Below are positions 48,640-61,384 of a DNA stretch of 64,000 nucleotides, piece by piece. A program made the translations under genes and the position numbers. The number at the start of each line of letters is the position of its first letter. Position 1 is the stretch's first letter. Source of the stretch: Macrostomum hystrix (lineage: Eukaryota; Animalia; Platyhelminthes); contig CATNEN010000005.1 in NCBI GenBank assembly GCA_950097015.1, forward strand, positions 4,402,001-4,466,000, written 5' to 3'. A model generated the notes under the pieces. It was not told the origin of the DNA, searched no databases, and was given only the letters and a program-made list of their open reading frames with translations.

Positions 48640-49465
48640 TATCTTTCTGTCTCTCACTGTATGACTCGCACCCTCTGTCTGTCTCTCTATCTGTTTCTCA
48701 CTGTCTGTCTCTCTCACTGTCTGTCTCTCTCACTGTCTGTCTCTCTCACTGTCTGTCTCTCTCACTGTCTGTCTCCCTCAGTCTGTCTCTCTCACTGTCT
48801 GTCTCTCACTGTCTGTCTCTATGTCTCTCTATCTGTTTCTCACTGTCTGTCTCTCTCACTGTCTGTCTCTCTCACTGTCTGTCTCTCTCACTGTCTGTCT
48901 ATCTCACTGTCTGTCTCTCTCACTGTCTGTCTCTCTCACTGTCTGTCTCTCTCACTGTCTGTCTCTCTCACTGTCTGTCTCTCTCACTGTCTGTCTCTAT
49001 GTCTCTCTATCTGTTTCTCACGGTCTGTCTCTATGTCTCTCTATCTGTTTCTCACTGTCTATCTCTCTCACTGTCTGTCTCTCTCACTGTCTGTCTCTCT
49101 CACTGTCTGTCTCTCACTGTCTGTCTCTCACTGTCTGTCTCTCTCACTGTCTGTCTCTCTCACTGTCTGTCTCTCACTGTCTGTCTCTCACTGTCTGTCT
49201 CTCTCACTGTCTGTCTCTATGTCTCTCTATCTGTTTCTCACTGTCTGTCTCTAGGTCTCTCTATCTGTTTCTCACTGTCTGTCTCTCTCACTGTCTGTCT
49301 CTCTCACTGTCTGTCTCTCTCACTGTCTGTCTCTCACTGTCTGTCTCTCACTGTCTGTCTCTCTCACTGTCTGTCTCTATGTCTCTCTATCTGTTTCTCA
49401 CTGTCTGTCTCTAGGTCTCTCTATCTGTTTCTCACTGTCTGTCTCTGTTTCTCACTGTCTGTCTC
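48640..49465. repeat. (ctgtctctctca)n-like low-complexity repeat in HDAC intron 4
   Basis: Visible directly in the sequence. Confidence 0.95.
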
Positions 49466-49469
49466 TCTT

Positions 49470-49830
49470 ATAATTCTCTTTTATTATTTGCAGGTGTGCT
49501 GCGGGCAATGGCACACAATTTGGAGACACTAGACTCGCAGCCAGCGAGGAGGCAATTCTGCCCGTTTCGCTGACTCCTGAGCACATACGCTCACAGATAT
49601 CGTACCCAGGCTCACACAGGTGTGTACATCTGCCATGACTTTCTCATCGTCAGGCAGTGTACACTTAACTGTGCCTTAGAGGTTGGCCCTCAAGGGCGTA
49701 AATTGCACGACAAGCCCCCAAAGCCTTCTCTCCGCGGCTGCGCCCCAAATGAATGTGGCCTCGCCGTGGAATCGAGCTCAGGGACCGTGGTGCGAGAGGC
49801 GAACGCGATAAACGCTCTGCCACCGACCCC
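49470..49830 (-). mobile_element. SINE family A, full-length, in HDAC intron 4
   Basis: Reverse complement reads ggggtcggtggcagagcgtttatcgcg...gagctcgattccacggcgaggccacattc..., closely matching the 46326 and 7156 copies. Confidence 0.9.
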
Positions 49831-49986
49831 TGTCTGCCAGTCTGTCTCTCCAGTCTGTCTCCCACTGCCTGTCTCTAATTGTCAGTTTGTCTCACTGTCC
49901 CCTTATTGTCTGTCTTTCTATTTATTTTTGTGTCAGTCTCACAGCCAGTCTCCCACATCCGCAACATGGATCCCGACCGTCCGCAG

Positions 49987-50478
49987 GTGATGGGAGACGC
50001 TGAATACCTGGCTGCATTTCGAGCCATCGTGTTGCCAGTGGTGTCCCAGTACGCGCCCAATCTGGTGATTGTGTCCGCCGGCTTTGACGCAGCCAGGGGG
50101 CATCCGTCAAATCTAGGCGGCTACTGCCTATCGCCTGAAGGCTTCGCCCAGCTGACGGCTCAGCTATTGTCCGCCAGTCCCGGCGGTCGAGTTGTTCTCG
50201 CCCTAGAAGGCGGCTACGATTTGGCTACGCTGCCTAGCTGCGTTGAAGCTTGTCTGCGTGTACTTTTAGGCGAACCGGCGCCCCAACTGTCAGACGCCGA
50301 ACGTCTTCGCCGACCAAATGCCGATGCTGTTGAACTGATTCATCACGTGCTACGTGTTCAACGCCCGTACTGGGGCTCTTGTCTCGGCCTCGCTCCAGCT
50401 GCCAACACGGTTGACATGAGTGTTGAAGAGGCCACCCAGCGACTGCACGCTTTGAGCTTTGCCGGGTTTGCTGAGTAG
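49987..50478 (+). CDS. HDAC4: Class IIa histone deacetylase, exon 5 (terminal)
   Basis: Acceptor ccgcag|gtg. Encodes MGDAEYLAAFR...VSAGFDAARGH...LGGY...VVLALEGGYDL...RPNADAV...YW, stop TAG. An upstream in-frame acceptor (tctcacag, ~49945) is also possible. Confidence 0.93.
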   Translation: MMGDAEYLAAFRAIVLPVVSQYAPNLVIVSAGFDAARGHPSNLGGYCLSPEGFAQLTAQLLSASPGGRVVLALEGGYDLATLPSCVEACLRVLLGEPAPQLSDAERLRRPNADAVELIHHVLRVQRPYWGSCLGLAPAANTVDMSVEEATQRLHALSFAGFAE

Positions 50479-51699
50479 TCGGGATAGATTGTATCTCTGT
50501 GCGTTTTTTATCTTTTCTTATTTGATTATAAATGTCTCTGGGGCTAGGGCTTAGATTGTGCATCGTCTGGAGCGAAGGGGTGCGCAAAGTTACCTTGTTG
50601 TAGTCTAACTATAAGTCTGATAAACTATGGCGGAACGTACAGATAAATAAGATACGGGAGAGATAAGATAGGGGATAGATAATACATTGGAGAGAGATTG
50701 GAGAGACAGGGGAGAGATGAGACATTGGAAAGATAAGATAGGGGAGAGATTAGACAGGAGATATTTGGCAGGTTAAAGTTGAGATATGGTAGGAAGGAAA
50801 AAGATGGGAGTTCATCTGGCTGATCCCAAATTAGGATTTTGCCGACCCCTGTTAGGTTCCTCTCTAATTGCTGACATTCTGGTCTCTACCAGAAGACAAT
50901 GCCCCATAACTAGTATATTTATTAACCCGTTTTTCTTTGCATTTATCAGCTTGAATTATAATATAATTTGCGCTGTTTATGTCTTGATTCTTCTTTTAGT
51001 TTAAAATAGTGAACTCTCGTTATAATATAGAAATCTATGAAATATGCTCTCTTGTGATTCATTTTACTGTAGTACTTATCAGTACCAATCGATATTTAAT
51101 TAGCGTTAGTTTTTAAATGAATCATTTTATATTTAGTTTCTAGGTAACCAACTATGCTGACTTGTCTTTTTGGCTTTTGTTGCTTCTGCTTTTTTGTTCA
51201 TGTTTATAATAGATATTTTGCATATTTGCTGCTTTTAAATATAACTTTTATGTTGAATTGTTGCATGTATTTTAATGGCTTAATTGTAATGTGTAAGAAA
51301 TGTTTGATAACATTATCTATCATATCCTTGACGCTGAGTTTAACTATTTGACTATATTCGCGTGCTTTTTCTACTTTTTTCTATTTATGTACTGACTGTC
51401 GAACTATTAAGCACTTCTCTGTGATGAATTTTTGCCTTAGTTTTTGATAATTATTTAATTTTCTAAACGTCCTCTGATTACTAGCAGTGTTTTATTTAAA
51501 TTGGTTAACTATTTGATTACTTTTTTGTAGGCAGTCAAAAATGGAAGCAGTTTAGCCGTCTTTATAGTTGTTTTGTTTACTTTTGCACTTCCTCACCTTA
51601 ACTGTTCGCAGCTGTCATAAAAAACGCTATTTGTATTTCCTTATCAATAGTTATTTATTGTAAACTGCAATCACATTATCCATTTTCGGAATTCTATTG

Positions 51700-52870
51700 T
51701 ACACTAAGCTCTATGCCTTCTGCACCCACCACCCCAATGTACACTAAGTTCTAGGCCTTCTGTACCCACCACCCCAATGTACACTAAGCTCTATGCCTTC
51801 TGCACCCACCACTCCAATGTACACTAAGGTCTAGACCTGATGGCACCCACCACCCCAATGTACACTAAGGTCTAGGCCTGATGGCACCCACCACCCCAAT
51901 GTACACTAAGGTCTAGACCTGATAGCACCCACCACGCCAATGTACACTAAGATCTAGACCTGATAGCACCCACCACCCCAATGTACACTAAGGTCTAGAT
52001 CTGATAGCACCCACCACCCCAATGTACACTAAGTTCTAGACCTGATGGCACCCACCACCCCAATGTACACTAAGGTCTAGACCTGATGGCACCCACCACC
52101 CCAATGTACACTAAGGTCTAGGCCTTCTGTACCCAACACCCCAATGTACACTAAGTTCTAGGCCTTCTGTACCCAACACCCCAATGTACACTAAGTTCTA
52201 GGCCTTCTGTACCCAACACCCCAATGGACACTAAGTTCTAGGCCTTCTGTACCCAACACCCCAATGTACACTAAGTTCTAGGCCTTCTGTACCCAACACC
52301 CCAATGTACACTAAGTTCTAGGCCTTCTGTACCCAACACCCCAATGTACACTAAGTTCTAGGCCTTCTGTACCCAACACCCCAATGTACACTAAGGTCTA
52401 GACCTGATGGCACCCACCACCCCAATGTACACTAAGTTCTAGGCCTTCTGTACCCAACACCCCAATGTACACTAAGTTCTAGGCCTTCTGTACCCAACAC
52501 CCCAATGGACACTAAGTTCTAGGCCTTCTGTACCCAACACCCCAATGTACACTAAGTTCTAGGCCTTCTGTACCCAACACCCCAATGTACACTAAGTTCT
52601 AGGCCTTCTGTACCCAACACCCCAATGTACACTAAGTTCTAGGCCTGATGGCACCCACCACCCCAATGTACACTAAGGTCTAGACCTGATAGCACCCACC
52701 ACGCCAATGTACACTAAGGTCTAGGCCTGATGGCACCCACCACCCCAATGTACACTAAGGTCTAGACCTGATAGCACCCACCACGCCAATGTACACTAAG
52801 ATCTAGACCTGATAGCACCCACCACCCCAATGTACACTAAGGTCTATGCCTGCTAGCACCCAGCACCATA
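51700..52870. repeat. 40-bp minisatellite (ccaatgtacactaagttctaggccttctgtacccaacacc and a gacctgatggcacccacc variant), ~29 units
   Basis: 40-bp period with two interspersed unit types. Confidence 0.97.
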
Positions 52871-53644
52871 TTATGTACACAATAATCTAAACAAACTGAA
52901 ATCCAGTATAAAAGCTCCCATATTTGGGGCATTGTTTTTGATTAGAAAGTATTTTTATTCATTATCAATACTTAGACTGCTCGCTTGTTATAATCTCAAA
53001 CCAATTGCATTAGTACATATTTTTCTAGTTCACTTAGATTGCACTATAAATTGTGCGCTGTAACAATAGACAAATTTCTGATTGTTTGATGATTCTTTCT
53101 CTCTATACATTGAAAACTCAAGCGTATGAAGTTACTTAATCTAGTCCTTAAAATAAGACTTAATTTTCTGCTTAAAAAGTTTCCTATTTCTTTCTTCTAT
53201 GATAATATTCTGTATTTTAAGCAATAAATTTGTTCGTCAATTTATCAATCATGTTTGGATTTATAATTAAATATTTATTGTGATTTGAAGGGCAGAAACT
53301 GTTTGATATTTTCTGTAAATTATGTTTTTGCACAATAAAAGCGCTAACTCTTACTATCTATACATTTTATTTGCCTATTCGCTATTTAGAAAGTTATTAT
53401 AATAACTCTAACGTCTTCTTTGCTCCCAACCTGACTTTGCTTCGAATTTTTTGTGTTATTTAACTGCTTGTTTTTCCCTTTTAGTAGCAGATCAGACTAG
53501 CAAAAGCTTGCTGCTTAAGTGTCGTACTTACTGTTTTCTGTTTTTTATTATTGTCGATTCCGCGTTTCTTAGTTATATTCTAGATGAATAATATCAATGA
53601 TTGATATGTCACACAATTGTATATTAGATTTTAGCCCCACTTAG

Positions 53645-53745
53645 AAGCATCTGACGGCTGCGTACGGCTGTTCAGTCCATGGACTGGGGGACGCCACACC
53701 CACCCTCAATTACCCCAACTGATGCTGCTACCCATTTATCATTTT
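53645..53745 (-). mobile_element. SINE family B, 3' fragment
   Basis: ttcagtccatggactgggggacgccacacccaccc...tacccattta is the reverse complement of the family B 3' part. Confidence 0.75.
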
Positions 53746-54129
53746 ACTTAGGTTTAGTTAGAGATAATTAAAGACAAAATCAGTTGAATTAATTATTGAG
53801 TCAGCACTGGCGCAAATGCTTTTCTTTGTTATATAAATGTTTATGATTACATATACATATATATATTACGTATGCTTCTGAGCTAATTTAAATACACCAC
53901 TATTAGTTTACACTGTGTCTTGATTGTTACATTATTTTTTGCTAATTTCTATATCAAATAGCATACAGTCGAGTTAATTAGAGCACTGCAGAAATATTAT
54001 TCCTTTTGTACTCTTTATAATGTCTACTGGCATACGTATCTCATCTCGTAACTATGCATTACCTTCAAACATTCCTGTCTGTCGTGTCTTTATTTGTCCG
54101 TTTACATTATTCGCCCTTACAGCTGAGCT

Positions 54130-54650
54130 TCCTCTCTCATCCCTCATCTCATCTCTCATCCTTTATCTAATCTCTCATCCCTCATCTCATCTCTCATCCC
54201 TTATCTTATCTCTCATCCCTAATCTCATCTCTCACCCTTTCTTATCTCTCATCCCTCATCTCATCTCTCATCCCTCATCTTATCTCTCATCCCTAATCTC
54301 ATCTCTCACCCTTTCTTATCTCTCATCCCTCATCTCTCATCCCTCATCTTATCTCTCATCCCTAATCTCATCTCTCATCTCGCTTCTCATCTCTCATCCC
54401 TTATCTCATCTCTCATCCCTTATCTTATCTCTTATCCCTAATCTCATCTCTCACCCTTTCTTATTTCTCATCCCTCATCTCATCTCTCATCCCTCATCTC
54501 ATCTCTCATCCCTAATCTCATCTCTCATCTCGCTTCTCATCTCTCATCCCTCATCTCATCTCTCATCCCTTATCTCATCTCTCATCTCGCTTCTCATCTC
54601 TCATCCCTTATCTAATCTCTCATCCCTCCTCTCATCTCTCATCTCGCTTT
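54130..54650. repeat. Pyrimidine-rich (tctca/tccc) low-complexity repeat
   Basis: Visible directly in the sequence. Confidence 0.93.
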
Positions 54651-55084
54651 CTAGCTCACACCCCTCTTGTAATCTCCCTTCTCACTCACAGGTTTAAATA
54701 GCTGGCATACGTGTTATAGTTGTCATGCTAGATCGACATTCGTAGCCTGCTTCCTCATTTATTTTCTTGTTTAAAAGGCTTAGCTATTTCTATTATAGTT
54801 GCCACACCCAGTTTGACATCCGTTTTCGTCCTCTCCCTCTATCTCCATCTCGTCTTATCAAATATTAGTTTTGTGCTATTCGAATCTCTTTAAGAACAAT
54901 CTCAATCAGCAAGGCGTGGTCAATCAAATTCTTTCAGCTGCTAGATATTTTCTGTTTTCTCATTCCTAGCCGCCTTGAAGCAATCTAGGCCAGTTTAAAT
55001 TAGTAGTTACTTTTCATGTCATTCGTTTTATTTGTTTAGTCTCTTTGTTAGATTTTTGTCAGAATTAGAAAATTTTCTTTCCTG

Positions 55085-55760
55085 TATCGCCATTTTACTG
55101 TTACTCACCACTGTCAGTATCGCCATTCTACTGTCACTCTTCACTGTCACAGTATCGTAATTTTACTGTCACTCTTCACTGTCAGTATCGCCATTTCACT
55201 GTCACTCACCACTGTCACAGTATCGCCATTTTACTGTCACTCACCACTGTCACAGTATCGTCATTTTACTGTCACTCACCACTGTCACAGTATCGCCATT
55301 TTACTGTCGCTCACCACTGTCACAGTATCGTCATTTTACTGTCGCTCACCACTGTCACAGTATCGTCATTTTACTGTCACTCACCACTGTCACAGTATCG
55401 TCATTTTACTGTCACTCACCACTGTCACAGTATCGCCATTTTACTGACACTCACCACTGTCACAGTATCGTCATTTTACTGTCACTCACCACTGTCACAG
55501 TATCGTCATTTTACTGACACTCACCACTGTCACAGTATCGTCATTTTACTGTCACTCACCACTGTCACAGTATCGCCATTTTACTGTCACTCACCACTGT
55601 CACAGTATCGTCATTTTACTGTCGCTCACCACTGTCACAGTATCGTCATTTTACTGTCACTCACCACTGTCACAGTATCGTCATTTTACTGTCATCACCA
55701 CTGTCACAGTATCGCCATTTTACTGTCGCTCACCACTGTCACAGTATCGTCATTTTACTG
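55085..55760. repeat. 35-bp minisatellite (cagtatcgtcattttactgtcactcaccactgtca)
   Basis: 35-bp period, ~19 units. Confidence 0.96.
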
Positions 55761-55955
55761 TTGCCTCGTTTGTTTCGTGTAGAAGCGGTTTTGACTAGAT
55801 CAACAGTTTAAAACAAAATAGGCCGTAAAAAGCTTTGTGCACTACTTGTAGCCATCGGTTAGTAGCATAGTAGAGAAGTACTAAATAATGAAAAAAGTAG
55901 TCAATACGTCTATTAAAAAAACAGACTTCAGGTCTGACGACATGCGTCAAAGCGC

Positions 55956-56668
55956 ATGCAGTCAGCAACAGCAGCAGCAGCAGCAGCAGCAGCGTCAACA
56001 ATTGAACTGTGCAGCATAATGCAAACAGATTCTGATCAGCGGCAAGGAACTGTAGGCAGTGATTTGTCTTCTAGTACACCAGCATCTCCATTGAGAAGCC
56101 TACCAAATGGTTTATCAGATAACAGTAGTCTATCGTCTATCGGTGCTCAGAACGATGACATTGTAGACGATGTAGATTTAGAGGCCACATTATGCGCCGC
56201 AGATTTGCAAGGCCCGGCTGTGGCAGCGGCCGAAGTGGCAGCAGCGACGGCTGCGACTTGCGCATCGGAAGAGCACAGTGCTCAAACGGTCGTGCATAGA
56301 TCGTACTCGTCGGTGTCTAGCAAACGATCCAGCACTGTCAGCCCCGCTTCGGCGGCGAGTCATCAGCGAAGCGCCAGCGATCTGCACGGCCTGCTAATGG
56401 CCAAATCTCTGTCTAGAAATGCCAGCCTAAAAGAGGATCAGCAGCAGCAGCAGCAGCTACAGCTGCCTAGCCACTACAGCGGTGTACTATTGAATCCCGC
56501 TGGCATTCAGCATTGTTCTTCGTTCTCCAGTTTGTCTTCTCTGGTTTCGGCATCAACCGAAATGTCCATGCCAGATGGTGACCGGATTTCTCTTCAGTTT
56601 GACTCAACTGGCTGCGGCGGTGGCAGTCCAGCTAGGAGACAGCAGCTGCAATGGCAGGCACAGCAGCT

Positions 56669-56704
<36 letters not shown>

Positions 56705-56795
56705 AAGTCTGTTGCACAAACTATTTGGTTGGAAAGAGAAATGGAGTCCCAGTTGTAACAATAGCCTGGCTAGCTCTGCTACTGACGGAAGACAG
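55956..56795 (+). CDS. TBC1D14: TBC1D12/TBC1D14-like RabGAP, exon 1 (low-complexity N-terminus)
   Basis: Open frame of 280 codons to the donor gacag|gtgatt (phase 0). Join 55956-56795, 58790-59005, 61385-62356 = 2028 nt, 675 aa. The start codon is uncertain (alternative ATG at 56019). Confidence 0.75.
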
Positions 56796-56899
56796 GTGAT
56801 TATGCAGGCCTGATTTGTACTTTTAAGTACACAGTATAACCTCATGTTTAAATAATCTACCCTTTTGATATATATTAACAATCAAATCAGACATTAAAA

Positions 56900-57560
56900 A
56901 ATCCAGTTAGATATTTTGATAATCCAGTCAGATATATTTGATAATCCAGTCAGATATTTTGATAATCCAGTCAGATATACTGATAATTCTGTAAGATATT
57001 CCGATAATCCAGTTAGATGTTTTGTTAATCCAGTCAGATATTTTGATAATCCAGTCAGATATACTGATAATTCTGTAAGATATTCCGATAATCCAGTTAG
57101 ATGTTTTGTTAATCCAGTCAGATATTTTGATAATCCAGTCAGATATACTGATAATTCTGTAAGATATTCCGATAATCCAGTTAGATGTTTTGTTAATCCA
57201 GTCAGATATTTTGATAATCCAGTCAGATATACTGATAATTCTGTAAGATATTCCGATAATCCAGTTAGATGTTTTGTTAATCCAGTCAGATATTTTGATA
57301 ATCCGATTAGATATAACTGATAATTCTGTAAGATATTCCGATAATCCAGTCAGATATTTTGATAATCCGATTAGATATAACTGATAATTCTGTAAGATAT
57401 TCCGATAATCCAGTCAGATATTTGATAATCCAGTCGGATATACTGATAATTCTGTAAGATATTCCGATAATCCAGTTAGATATTTTGTTAATCCAGTCAG
57501 ATATTTTGATTATACAGTTGGATATTTAATAATCCATTCAGTTATTCCGATAGTCCAATT
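56900..57560. repeat. 21-bp monomer / 84-bp higher-order repeat in TBC intron 1
   Basis: Four monomer types (gataatccagtcagatatttt etc.) recur in fixed order every 84 bp. Confidence 0.93.
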
Positions 57561-58789
57561 AGATAATGTTATTAGAAATCAATTAGATACTTAGATACAA
57601 TACTCAACTAGGCTCTAGTTGTTATCATAAGTGGGCATGAAATCTTAACTCTGATACTTATTTTTAGTTTACGAAAAAATGCAAATCATGTTTATAAAAT
57701 AGTAGAACTGCAGGTTTTTCTCTTAATATGTAAGTTACCTGAGTTGTTTTTTTGGGGGGCGGTGTATAGATTGAGATAAGGAAATGAAAGGACACGATTT
57801 ATTCGGTGTCAGCATGTAATTTACAATTCCCTGGCCTTGGTCTCGTGCTAGTTTTCTCTCTCCACCACTCTCTTGTAAATGTACATTACTAGGTACAATG
57901 TACATTGGCGCAGTGTAACAAGTTGCTATCTACTGAATTAACTACCAGCAAAATTAAGTCAACGCTCTCGGTATATAAATTAGAGCTAAAATACTTTCAC
58001 TTCTACTGGTCAGTCTGTATAAATAGCTTCTCTTAGGAGCTTTCGCAACTCTATTAATCAGTGACTCGACTAAATTCTTCTAGATCCATCTATTTTAAGC
58101 TGTTATGAAATAATTAGAGTGTTCCTAAATAGACTTTTTATATTGTTATATTGTACAATCTATTTTGATCGATACTTTAATAATCGAAATTATTTATATT
58201 ATAAAACTCATATTGGCTAATCGAGATCGTGTAAGTTTGTTATAAGTTCAAATCTTAATCTGAGAGACACTATTTTTGTCCTCTGTCCACCCAAGACCCT
58301 TAATTACGTAGCTTTAACAGTAGAAATCCTGCCCAGGGTAAGACCACGGGACCCGAATGGCCACTTTCTCTAACGTGAAAGTCCACCATCTGGATCGAAA
58401 TTTTCTCCTCTTTTTTTACGCTGAACTAGCTTTCAAAGCCAAATACGAGTCAAAGTCGTCGAGATATAATCAACGATTATTGTCGAAGACCCTGGTGATA
58501 ATTACAAGTAACATTGGTCTGTATTAAATTTTTGGCGAATCCATATTGGTTCAGAAATATAAAAATAAACGATATAATCAACACAATATAGTCAACAATA
58601 GTAGCCGACATGGTTTCATGATACAAATTTTGTAGGCAGACCGTTTTTTGCCAAATTTTTGTGGTTTTTGCCACCAGACACCCCGATCTACTGTTAAATT
58701 AAACCAGCCGGAATAAAAACTTCCAAGCATCACCAGTTAATAACCTGTCAATCAACTGGTAATCACCTGTCAATTACCTCTACCTGCAG

Positions 58790-59005
58790 GTGTCTACCCT
58801 GGGCCTGATCGCCGTGGATCGGCCGTCTGGAGCCCCGCCGAAGGATCTCAGCGAGCTGGCCAAGCATCAGCGCGAATACCAGGAGATGCTGCGCAACGCT
58901 CAACGCCGCGAAGTTGACGATCAGCTGCGGCGCAGAAAGGACAGCGACAAGAACCGGCGGCTGGAGAATCAGGCACAGAAACTCATCGACACCTGGCAGA
59001 AGAAG
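58790..59005 (+). CDS. TBC1D14: TBC1D12/TBC1D14-like RabGAP, exon 2
   Basis: Acceptor cctgcag|gtg. VSTLGLIAVDRPSGAPPK...KHQREYQEM corresponds to TBC1D14 STTALILEDRPANLPAK...KHRQQYEEM. Donor aag|gtcaga. Confidence 0.9.
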
Positions 59006-59019
59006 GTCAGACACTGCAC

Positions 59020-59665
59020 ACTATCGTCTGTCTGTCTCTCCATCTGCCTGTCTCACTGTCTGTCCGTCTGTCTCTCTATTTGTCTGTCTGTCTGTCTATC
59101 TCAGTGTGTCTCTCACTGCCTGTCTCTCACTGCCTGTCTCTCACTGCCTGTCTCTCACTGCCTGTCTCTCACTGCCTGTCTCTCACTGCCTGTCTCTCAC
59201 TGCCTGTCTCTCACTGCCTGTCTCTCACTGTCTGTCTCTCACTGCCTGTCTGTCTCTGTGTGTCTCTCACTGCCTGTCTCTCACTGCCTGTCTCTCACTG
59301 CCTGTCTCTCACTGTCTGTCTCTCACTGCCTGTCTCTCACTGCCTGTCTCTCACTGCCTGTCTCTCACTGCCTGTCTCTCACTGCCTGTCTGTCTCTGTG
59401 TGTCTCTCACTGCCTGTCTCTCTCTCTCACTGCCTGTCTCTCACTGCCTGTCTGTCTCTGTGTGTCTCTCACTGCCTGTCTGTCTCTGTGTGTCTCTCAC
59501 TGCCTGCCTGTCTCTGTGTGTCTCTCACTGCCTGTCTGTCTCTGTGTGTCTCTCACTGCCTGTCTCTCACTGCCTGTCTGTCCGTCCGTCTCTCTGTCTG
59601 TCTGTCTGTCTCTCACCTTCTGTCTGTCTCTGTGTGTCTCTAACTGTCTCTCCATCTGTCTGCAT
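59020..59665. repeat. (ctgcctgtctctca)n-like low-complexity repeat in TBC intron 2
   Basis: Visible directly in the sequence. Confidence 0.95.
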
Positions 59666-60134
59666 CTCAGTAATATGCTTTAAAACCAGTATTTGTGTAC
59701 TAATAGACATAAATAAGTGCAGATCACACACTATCACTGGGTGGTCGGTTTTAGGGCGTATTTATTCTACAGCTTGATACAATTTCCCTAAAGTAGTTCA
59801 AAAATATATGCTGAAATTTCTGCGCACAACTATCTATCACCATGCCGACAATGCATTCAAGTGAAGAAATGATTCGTTGCTTGTTTGCCTCTGGAAAAAA
59901 AATTCTTCAGAAAATTGCGCATTAAACTATTTTACTGGTTTGCTTACTTTAAAGTTGCCACTTATCTAGAAAAATTTGCACTTTCTTTAAATATTCGGCT
60001 TGATGCAATTGATAATAGAAATTAATTTATTTTCAACGACTAGAATTAAACTATAATGGTCACTTAGTCACTCATTTGATTTCATTTTCTGTAACAGTGC
60101 ATCTTATAGAAAGTATTGCAGTTTCTTTAACGAC

Positions 60135-61305
60135 TCAGACGCTTCTCAGTCGGCTCAAACGCTTCTCAAGCGACTCAAACGCTTCTCAAGCGACTCAGAC
60201 ACTTCTCAAGCGACTCAAACGTTTCTCTAACGGCTCAGACGCTTCTCAAGCGACTGAAACGTTTCTCTAACGGCTCAGACGCTTCTCTAACGACTCAGAC
60301 ACTTCTCAAGCGACTCAAACGCTTCTCAAACGACTCAAACGTTTCTCTAACGGCTCAGACGCTTCTCTAACGACTCAGACACTTCTCAAGCGACTCAAAC
60401 GCTTCTCAAGCGACTCAAACGTTTCTCTAACGGCTCAGACACTTCTCAAGCGACTCAAACGTTTCTCTAACGGCTCAGACGCTTCTCAAGCGACTGAAAC
60501 GTTTCTCTAACGGCTCAGACGCTTCTCTAACGACTCAGACACTTCTCAAGCGACTCAAACGCTTCTCAAACGACTCAAACGTTTCTCTAACGGCTCAGAC
60601 GCTTCTCTAACGACTCAGACACTTCTCAAGCGACTCAAACGCTTCTCAAGCGACTCAAACGTTTCTCTAACGGCTCAGACACTTCTCAAGCGACTCAAAC
60701 GTTTCTCTAACGGCTCAGACGCTTCTCAAGTGACTGAAACGTTTCTCTAACGGCTCAGACGCTTCTCTAACGACTCAGACACTTCTCAAGCGACTCAAAC
60801 GCTTCTCAAACGACTCAAACGTTTCTCTAACGGCTCAGACGCTTCTCTAACGACTCAGACACTTCTCAAGCGACTCAAACGCTTCTCAAGCGACTCAAAC
60901 GTTTCTCTAACGACTCAAACGCTTCTCTAACGACTCAGACACTTCTCAAGCGACTCAAACGTTTCTCTAACGACTCAGACACTTCTCAAGCGACTCAAAC
61001 GTTTCTCTAACGGCTCAGACACTTCTCAAGCGACTCAAACGTTTCTCTAACGGCTCAGACACTTCTCAAGCGACTCAAACGTTTCTCTAACGGCTCAGAC
61101 ACTTCTCAAGCGACTCAAACGTTTCTCTAACGGCTCAGACGCTTCTCAAGCGACTGAAACGTTTCTCTAACAGCTCAGACGTTTCTCTAACGCCTCAAAC
61201 GTTTTTCTAGCGACTCAAACGCTTCTCAAGCGACTCGAACGCTTCTCAAACGACTCTAACGTTTCTCTAACGGCTCAAGCGCTTCTCAAACGACTCAGAC
61301 GCTTG
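60135..61305. repeat. 20-bp monomer / 240-bp higher-order repeat in TBC intron 2
   Basis: Monomer cgactcaaacgcttctcaag. The blocks starting at 60241, 60481 and 60721 are near-identical 240-bp units. Confidence 0.96.
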
Positions 61306-61384
61306 CAACATTTAAGCATATTTTATTTTTATCATTCTATTAACAAATTATCTAAACTTCTGGACAATATTACCACCTTCCCAG

